Origin: Candidatus Deferrimicrobiaceae bacterium
Lineage (GTDB): Bacteria; Desulfobacterota; Deferrimicrobia; Deferrimicrobiales; Deferrimicrobiaceae
DNA length: 64,000 nucleotides
Assembly: GCA_041633075.1 (NCBI GenBank)
Contig: JBFKGZ010000001.1
Span: 854-64,853 of the forward strand
Reading direction: 5' to 3'
Part shown: in pieces, positions 58,635-64,000 of the stretch
Layout: each line of letters starts with the position of its first letter
How positions within the stretch are numbered: position 1 is the first letter of the stretch
Made by a program: the position numbers and the translations under genes
The notes under the pieces: generated by a model
What the model was told of the DNA's origin: nothing
The model's database searches: none
What the model saw: only the letters and a program-made list of their open reading frames with translations

Positions 58635-59555
58635 CTAATTCAGGAAGCGGATCGGGTTCACGGGGAGGCCGTTCACGTGGACCTCGTAGTGAAGATGCGG
58701 GCCGGTTGTCCGTCCCGTGTCGCCCACCTTCCCGATCAGATCCCCTCTCAGCACGGTTTCGCCCTCCTCGACCAGCCGCTCCGAAAGGTGTGCATAGACC
58801 GTACGATAGCCGTTCCCGTGGTCGATGACGACGAGGTTTCCGTACCGCGACTCGAAACCGCACCGTACCACCCTGCCTCCCCCCGCCGCCTTGATCGGAC
58901 TCCCCTTCGGGGCATCGATATCCAGGCCGCGATGGAATACCTTGGTGTCCGTGAAGGGGGAAACACGGACGCCGAACCCCGACACAACCAATCCACGGGA
59001 CGGCCAAATGGAAGGCAGGCTTTCCAGGTAGGTCCTTCGGACGTCAAGCCGTTCGACTATCACCTCGAGGTTTTTCCCATCGACCAGGAGGCTTTCCTTC
59101 AACTGGTCGCTCCGAAGATCGAGGAGGCTGTCCAGGCGGTTTGTCGCCGAGGTCTCGGGCGTTTCCGCTCCGCCGATTCCCATCTTCGCCGCGGTTTTTC
59201 CCTTGCCGGGCGCCAGCGCCTCGTTGATGTTGACGAGGGCCCGGACGCGGGCGTCCAGCGTTCGGATCCGCTCCACCTCGGTCTCCAGGCTCTCGAATTT
59301 TGCATAGAGGTTGTAGAGCGTCAGGTTCTGCTCGCTGACCCGGTGCCGAAGACCCGCAAGCTCCCTCACCTTCGCCAGGTTCTCCCGGTAGTCATAGATA
59401 AACTGTGTCGCCAGGACGAAAAGAAAGGCGAGCACCCCCGTGGCCACGGCCACTCCGGTCCTGCCGATCCGGAATTCCCGGGACTGCCCGTTGGCACTGA
59501 ACCTGATGGAATATGGAAATCGATCCCCCACCTTTTCCCCGGCCCCCCAACCCAA
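58635..59555 (-). CDS. M23 family metallopeptidase (murein endopeptidase-like) with N-terminal TM and coiled-coil region
   Basis: C-terminal LytM/M23 domain (HRGLDIDAPKGSPIKAAGGGRVV...GNLVVIDHGNGYRTVYAHL...GDTGRTTGPHLHYEV). Track start 59555 is TTG; an in-frame GTG at 59531 (MGDRFPYS..., RBS gggga) is an alternative. Confidence 0.75.
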   Translation of the reverse strand: MGWGAGEKVGDRFPYSIRFSANGQSREFRIGRTGVAVATGVLAFLFVLATQFIYDYRENLAKVRELAGLRHRVSEQNLTLYNLYAKFESLETEVERIRTLDARVRALVNINEALAPGKGKTAAKMGIGGAETPETSATNRLDSLLDLRSDQLKESLLVDGKNLEVIVERLDVRRTYLESLPSIWPSRGLVVSGFGVRVSPFTDTKVFHRGLDIDAPKGSPIKAAGGGRVVRCGFESRYGNLVVIDHGNGYRTVYAHLSERLVEEGETVLRGDLIGKVGDTGRTTGPHLHYEVHVNGLPVNPIRFLN

Positions 59556-59600
59556 AAAAAACCAAGGGGTACCGTACCATAGGTATGGTTACGGTGTCAA
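59554..59600 (-). terminator. weak terminator-like hairpin plus U8 downstream of Zn-ribbon gene
   Basis: Minus-strand RNA ccguaaccaua..uaugguacgg imperfect hairpin (also a near-palindrome in DNA, accgtaccatagg/tatggttacggt), then 10 nt, then U8 (A8 on plus 59554..59561). Spacing is non-canonical. Confidence 0.3.
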
Positions 59601-59650
59601 CGAGGGGCCCGCCCTGTCAAGAGTCAATCCTGCTTTGCGCAGGGGGAATC

Positions 59651-59833
59651 CTACCCCGCGGCCCTTTTCTTGAATTTCTTTTCCGGCTCCCGGTTCCGCG
59701 CCACAACCGGGTCGACGATTTCGCCGCAGTTGAGGCACCTCCAGGCGTAAAAGAGGTCCAGCAAGTCCTGGAACCGCTCGTATACCATCGCCCCGTTGCA
59801 ACGGGGGCACCGATTAATGTGTCGTCGCGCCAT
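59651..59833 (-). CDS. small zinc-ribbon protein (60 aa), uncharacterised
   Basis: MARRHINRCPRCNGAMVYERFQDLLDLFYAWRCLNCGEIVDPV... with CPRC...CLNC pairs; ATG 59833 with GGGAGG RBS at 6-nt spacing; divergent from the PilB-like gene. Confidence 0.5.
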   Translation of the reverse strand: MARRHINRCPRCNGAMVYERFQDLLDLFYAWRCLNCGEIVDPVVARNREPEKKFKKRAAG

Positions 59834-59923
59834 TTCCTACCTCCCTACAACATATTGATGCCCCGGCGAGAACCCGGTTTCACACGCAAGTTTCTCCCGA
59901 AATTGCCGAAATAGTCTGGGAGG

Positions 59924-61855
59924 ATGCCCTCATCGCGCCCGGGAGGAGAATTGTTGGCAGCCGCAAGGAAGCGTATCGGCGAACTGCTCGTGGAGACCGG
60001 ACTGCTGTCCGAGGAGAACCTGACCCGCGCCCTTTCCGAACAGCGGACGCAGCGCGGAAAACTCGGCGACGTCATCGTCGCCCTGGGGATGGCCACCGAG
60101 GACGAGATCGCGCAGGCCCTCTCCCTGCAACTCGGGATCCCGCTGATCGACCTGACCAACACGCCCGTCGAGCCCCCGGCGATCGAGCTGATCCCCGAGA
60201 AGGTCGCACGGAAGCACCTGATCGTGCCGATCTCGATCGAGGAGAGGGACCTCCACATCGCCATGGCCGACCCCTTGAGCTTCGAGGCATTCGAGGACGT
60301 CCGGTTTGCCTCCGGCTACACGATCAAGCCCGCGATCGCCACCCGTTCGGGGATTCTCTGGGCGATCGACCAGCACTACCACCTGGGGTCGTCCTTGAGC
60401 ACGATCGTCAAGGATATCGCCGACGAGCGGCTGGTGGAGATCGTGCAGGACAACGGGGAGGCCGACAAGCGCGACACCGAGGACCTGCGAAAGAAGAGCG
60501 AGGCAGCCCCCATCATCCGGATGGTGAACCTTTTCGTCGCGGAGGCGGCCGACCAGGGGGCCTCGGACATCCACGTGGAACCCTTGAAAACCATCCTGCA
60601 GATCCGAAACCGGGTCGACGGAGTCCTCCGGAAATCCCTCGACTTGCCGAAGTGGGTGCAGGGAGCGGTCATCTCCCGGATCAAGATCATGGCCAAGATG
60701 GACATCGCGGAGAAACGGCTTCCCCAGGACGGCCGGATCGGGGTCCGGGTCGGCACAAAGTCGCTCGACCTCCGGGTGTCCACGATGCCCGCGTCATACG
60801 GAGAAAAGGTGGTTATCCGGATCCTCGACTCGATCAATGCCCAGATCCCGCTCGATTCGATGGGGATGTCCGAAACCGATCTCCAGCAACTGGAGACGCT
60901 GATCCGCCGGCCGCAGGGAATCCTGCTCGTCACCGGCCCCACCGGATCCGGAAAGACGACCACTCTCTACGGAGCGCTCCACAAGATCAAGTCCGTGGAG
61001 CGGAATATCACGACGATCGAGGACCCCATCGAATACGAGATCCCCGGCGTCAACCAGGTGGCGGTGCAGGAGAAGATCGGGCTCTCCTTCGCGTCGACCC
61101 TGCGTGCGATGCTCCGCCAGGACCCCGATGTGATCATGCTGGGGGAGATGCGCGACCTCGAAACGACCACGATCGCAATGCAGGCGTCGCTTACGGGCCA
61201 CCTGGTCCTCTCGACGATGCACACCAACAGCTCGGTGGCAACCGTCACCCGGCTTCGCAACCTCGGGATCCCTTCCTATCTCATCGCCTCCACCCTGATC
61301 GGCATCGTGTCCCAGCGGCTGGTGCGGGTCATCTGTCCGAAGTGCCGGGTCAAGGCCGAGCCGTCCGATATCGACCTCGCTCGTATCGGGCTGGGGAAGA
61401 CGAAAAAAGGAGAGGTCACGTTCTACGAGGGGGAGGGGTGCCCGTCGTGCGCGGGGACGGGATACCGCGGCCGGACCGGGATTTTCGAGATTCTGTCGTT
61501 CCACCAGCAGATGCGCGACCTCATGATGAGCAAGGGCTCCGAGACCGACATCCGCCAGCTCGCGGTGGCCAAGGGAATGACGACGCTCGGCCAGTCGGCG
61601 CTGACCAAGCTGAAGGCCGGCGTGACGACGCTTTCGGAGCTGTACCGGGTCGTGGAGACGGAGGAGGAATTCGGCGCCGGCTGCCCGCGCTGCGGCACGT
61701 CCCTCGGGGCCGACTTCGAGATCTGCCCGGGGTGCGGCCACGCCCTCGTATCGAGCTGCCCGTCGTGCCGGAAGATGGTCTCCCCGCACTGGAAGTTCTG
61801 TCCTTATTGCCGCAACAGCTTTGCGGAAGAGATCCGGAACCGCTCGTTCGCCTAG
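59924..61855 (+). CDS. GspE/PilB/MshE-family secretion ATPase with N-terminal MshEN (T2SSE_N) domain and C-terminal double zinc-ribbon extension
   Basis: Walker A GPTGSGKTT, Asp box, Walker B DPDVIMLGEMRD, His box GHLVLSTMHTN, tetracysteine CPKC..CPSC; N-terminal RIGELLVETGLLSEENLTRALSEQ plus second KLGDVIVALG... repeat; extra C-terminal CPRC..CPGC..CPSC..CPYC. The real start may be TTG 59954 (AGGAG at 5-nt spacing) rather than ATG 59924 (SD abuts the ATG). Confidence 0.85.
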   Translation: MPSSRPGGELLAAARKRIGELLVETGLLSEENLTRALSEQRTQRGKLGDVIVALGMATEDEIAQALSLQLGIPLIDLTNTPVEPPAIELIPEKVARKHLIVPISIEERDLHIAMADPLSFEAFEDVRFASGYTIKPAIATRSGILWAIDQHYHLGSSLSTIVKDIADERLVEIVQDNGEADKRDTEDLRKKSEAAPIIRMVNLFVAEAADQGASDIHVEPLKTILQIRNRVDGVLRKSLDLPKWVQGAVISRIKIMAKMDIAEKRLPQDGRIGVRVGTKSLDLRVSTMPASYGEKVVIRILDSINAQIPLDSMGMSETDLQQLETLIRRPQGILLVTGPTGSGKTTTLYGALHKIKSVERNITTIEDPIEYEIPGVNQVAVQEKIGLSFASTLRAMLRQDPDVIMLGEMRDLETTTIAMQASLTGHLVLSTMHTNSSVATVTRLRNLGIPSYLIASTLIGIVSQRLVRVICPKCRVKAEPSDIDLARIGLGKTKKGEVTFYEGEGCPSCAGTGYRGRTGIFEILSFHQQMRDLMMSKGSETDIRQLAVAKGMTTLGQSALTKLKAGVTTLSELYRVVETEEEFGAGCPRCGTSLGADFEICPGCGHALVSSCPSCRKMVSPHWKFCPYCRNSFAEEIRNRSFA

Positions 61856-61898
61856 CCGAACGTTGTCGGCTGCCGAATTTTCGGAGGGCAGGCGGCGG

Positions 61899-62870
61899 CT
61901 ACACGAAGTGGCAGGCGGCGTGACGTCCCGGCGCGACCTCGCGCAGCAGGGGACAGACCTCTTCGCATAGTTTCTGCGCCATGAAACAGCGGGTGTGGAA
62001 ACGGCACCCGGGGGGGATGTGAATGGGGCTCGGAATCTCTCCTGCCAGCACGATCGTTTCCCTGGCCGCGCCGCCGGGAACCGGCAGCGCCGAGAGGAGG
62101 CTCCTCGAGTAGGGGTGGAGCGGTTCATGGAACAGGTCGGCGGCCGCGGAGACCTCCATCAGTTTTCCCAGGTACATCACGGCGACAGTGTCGCTCATGT
62201 GGCGGATCACCCGCAGGTCATGCGAGACGAACAGGTAAGCCATCCCGTATTCCTCCTGGATGTCACGCAGGAGGTTCAGAATCTGCGCCTGCACGGATAC
62301 GTCGAGGGCCGACACCGGCTCGTCCGCCACGATAAGCCGGGGGGAGAGTGCGATCGCCCGGGCGATTCCGATCCGCTGTCGCTGTCCGCCCGAGAATTCG
62401 TGCGGATACTTGTCGGCGGCATCCGCGGACAGTCCCACGCGCAGGAGGAGCCGCTCGGCGTTCTCCCTGACCTCGCCGCCGCGGGCGATTCCGTGGACCC
62501 GCCACCCTTCCCCCACGATGTCGCGGACTCGCATGCGCGGATTCAAGGACGAGTAGGGATCCTGAAAGATGATCTGCATCTTCCTTCGGGTCCGCCGGAG
62601 CTCCTCGCCGGACAGCGACGTAATGTCAAGGCCCTCGAAGATGACCCTGCCCGCATCGGGCGGGAGCAGGCGGATCGCCACCCGGCCGAGCGTCGTTTTT
62701 CCGCACCCCGACTCTCCCACGAGTCCGACCGTCTTTCCCGGGGGGACGTCGATCGACACGCTGTCGACCGCATGCACCCGCTGCGTCTCGGAGGAGAAGA
62801 ACGATTTCCGGACCGGGAAGTACTTGTAGATGTTCCTCAGGGAGAGGAGAGCGCCGTCTGGCCGGTTCAT
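61899..62870 (-). CDS. oppF: oligopeptide/dipeptide ABC transporter ATP-binding protein (OppF/DppF-like)
   Basis: Walker A GESGCGKTT, signature FSGGQRQRIGIARA, Walker B LIVADEP, C-terminal oligopeptide-ABC TOBE region. ATG 62870 (MNRPDG...) overlaps oppD stop (ATGA); the track ORF extends upstream. Confidence 0.8.
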   Translation of the reverse strand: MNRPDGALLSLRNIYKYFPVRKSFFSSETQRVHAVDSVSIDVPPGKTVGLVGESGCGKTTLGRVAIRLLPPDAGRVIFEGLDITSLSGEELRRTRRKMQIIFQDPYSSLNPRMRVRDIVGEGWRVHGIARGGEVRENAERLLLRVGLSADAADKYPHEFSGGQRQRIGIARAIALSPRLIVADEPVSALDVSVQAQILNLLRDIQEEYGMAYLFVSHDLRVIRHMSDTVAVMYLGKLMEVSAAADLFHEPLHPYSRSLLSALPVPGGAARETIVLAGEIPSPIHIPPGCRFHTRCFMAQKLCEEVCPLLREVAPGRHAACHFV

Positions 62871-63907
62871 CCTTTCTCCCCCTTCCAACGCTTTCTCCGG
62901 TAGTGGCACGCCGCCAGGTGGCCCGGGGCATATTCCTCCAGGGGAGGGTCCACCTGGTCGCAGACCGCCAGTTCGTCCCGTTCCGTTTCCCCGGCGCGGA
63001 ACCGGATCCGCGCATCCTGCCGGAACGGACACCGGTCGGCGAAGGGGCATCCCGGCGGAATGGCGTCGAGGCCGGGAACCGTCCCGGGGATGGAGGGAAG
63101 CCTTCGGTCCCCCGTCCTTTGTCCGGGCAGGGAGCGGAGCAACCCCTCCGTGTAGGGGTGGATCGGGCGCGCGAAGAGGTCACCCGTTTTCGCGATCTCG
63201 ACGATACGGCCCAGATACATGATCGCCACCCGGTCGGCGACCTCCGAAACCACCCCGAGGTCGTGGGTGATAAGGAGAATCGCCATCCCCTGCCGCTCGC
63301 GCATCTCCTTGAGCAGGGAGAGGATCTGCGCCTGGATGGTGACGTCTAACGCCGTTGTCGGCTCGTCGGCGATGAGAATCGCCGGCTCGAGGGCGAGCGC
63401 CATCGCGATCATCGCCCGCTGCCGCATCCCCCCGCTCATCTGGTGCGGATATTCCCGCACCCTCCTCTCGGCGTCGGGCATGTGTACCCGCCGGAGCCAT
63501 TCCACCGCCCGCTCCATGGCCTCCGCCTTTCCGCAGGCCCGGTGGGCGGTGAAGACCTCGGCTACCTGGACTCCTATGGTAAGAACGGGATTGAGCGACG
63601 TCATCGGCTCCTGGAAAATCATCGAGATCTCTTTTCCGCGCACCGAGCACATCTCCGCATCGGACAGCGGCGCCAGATCTCTGCCACGAAACAGGATCCT
63701 CGCCCCTTCCCTGACGGCCGGCGGTGAGGGCAGGAGGTTCAGGATGGACAGCGCCGTGATGGTCTTGCCGCATCCGGATTCCCCCACCAGCCCGAGCGTC
63801 TCCCCGGGGGACAGGGAGAAGGAGACGCCGAAGAGGGCGCGCACCGTCCCCGCCTCCGTCCGGAAGGAGACGGAGAGATCGCGGACAGCGAGAAGGTCAG
63901 CGCTCAC
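62867..63907 (-). CDS. oppD: oligopeptide/dipeptide ABC transporter ATP-binding protein (OppD/DppD-like)
   Basis: Walker A GESGCGKT, signature MSGGMRQRAMIAMA, Walker B LIADEP; GTG start with GGAGGG RBS. Confidence 0.8.
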   Translation of the reverse strand: MSADLLAVRDLSVSFRTEAGTVRALFGVSFSLSPGETLGLVGESGCGKTITALSILNLLPSPPAVREGARILFRGRDLAPLSDAEMCSVRGKEISMIFQEPMTSLNPVLTIGVQVAEVFTAHRACGKAEAMERAVEWLRRVHMPDAERRVREYPHQMSGGMRQRAMIAMALALEPAILIADEPTTALDVTIQAQILSLLKEMRERQGMAILLITHDLGVVSEVADRVAIMYLGRIVEIAKTGDLFARPIHPYTEGLLRSLPGQRTGDRRLPSIPGTVPGLDAIPPGCPFADRCPFRQDARIRFRAGETERDELAVCDQVDPPLEEYAPGHLAACHYRRKRWKGEKG

Positions 63908-63949
63908 GGCGATACCCTCCGTAGCTCCGGAGTGCTGCTTCCGGTGGGA

Positions 63950-64000
63950 GGACCCGGGCTCGCGGGGGGCTTCCGCATCCGCTACGCTCGCGACCTTGCG
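63950..64000. repeat. 5' end of another copy (D) of the intergenic repeat family, truncated by window end
   Basis: ggacccgggctcgcggggggcttccgcatccgctacgctcgcgaccttgcg matches the start of copy B (ggaccctggctcgcgggggattcctctccgctacgctcgcgaccttcgc), including the segment that copy A lacks. Confidence 0.5.

Overview
This is a GC-rich bacterial chromosomal segment (roughly two-thirds G+C by eye) that consists almost entirely of conserved housekeeping genes packed very tightly. Many neighbouring genes overlap by 1-4 nt (ATGA, GTGA or TGATG junctions).

Positions 1-11087 carry hisB', hisD, murA, prmC, prfA, thyX, rpmE, rho, pgeF, rluD, a small unknown ORF, htrA and ribF on the minus strand. lptF and lptG sit on the plus strand at 12277-14486.

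From 14497 to 59555 there is an unbroken co-directional minus-strand array of about 55 genes. In transcription order these are:
- an uncharacterised M23 peptidase, secA, argJ, rpsB, tsf, pyrH, frr, a ferredoxin, uppS, cdsA, dxr, rseP and tsaB;
- a DUF465 gene followed by the ilvDBN-ilvC branched-chain block, then psd, pssA, leuC, leuD, leuB, asd and truA;
- rplM, rpsI, argC, kdsB, pyrG, kdsA, kdsD, kdsC and lptC, lptA, lptB;
- rpoN, hpf, ptsN, hprK, rapZ, a complete mannose-family PTS (IIA, IIB, IIC, IID), ptsH, ptsI, metK and ahcY.

The window ends with a divergent pair, a small Zn-ribbon protein and an orphan PilB/MshE-like ATPase carrying a C-terminal double zinc ribbon, followed by oppF and oppD.

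I found no rRNA, tRNA, CRISPR array, transposase or integrase. The synteny resembles a deltaproteobacterial/Desulfobacterota-type genome, but that is a low-confidence guess.

The observations I would look at first:
1. A previously unrecognised family of structured intergenic repeats with at least four copies. One of them separates leuC from leuD.
2. prfA is interrupted by a 1-nt indel in a C9/G9 homopolymer.
3. murA apparently initiates at a CTG codon.
4. Three intrinsic terminators sit within about 30 nt of the next gene's ribosome-binding site inside the gene array. One of them separates a promoter-proximal DUF465 gene from ilvD.
5. The PilB/MshE-like ATPase has a conserved c-di-GMP-type MshEN motif and an unusual C-terminal double zinc ribbon.
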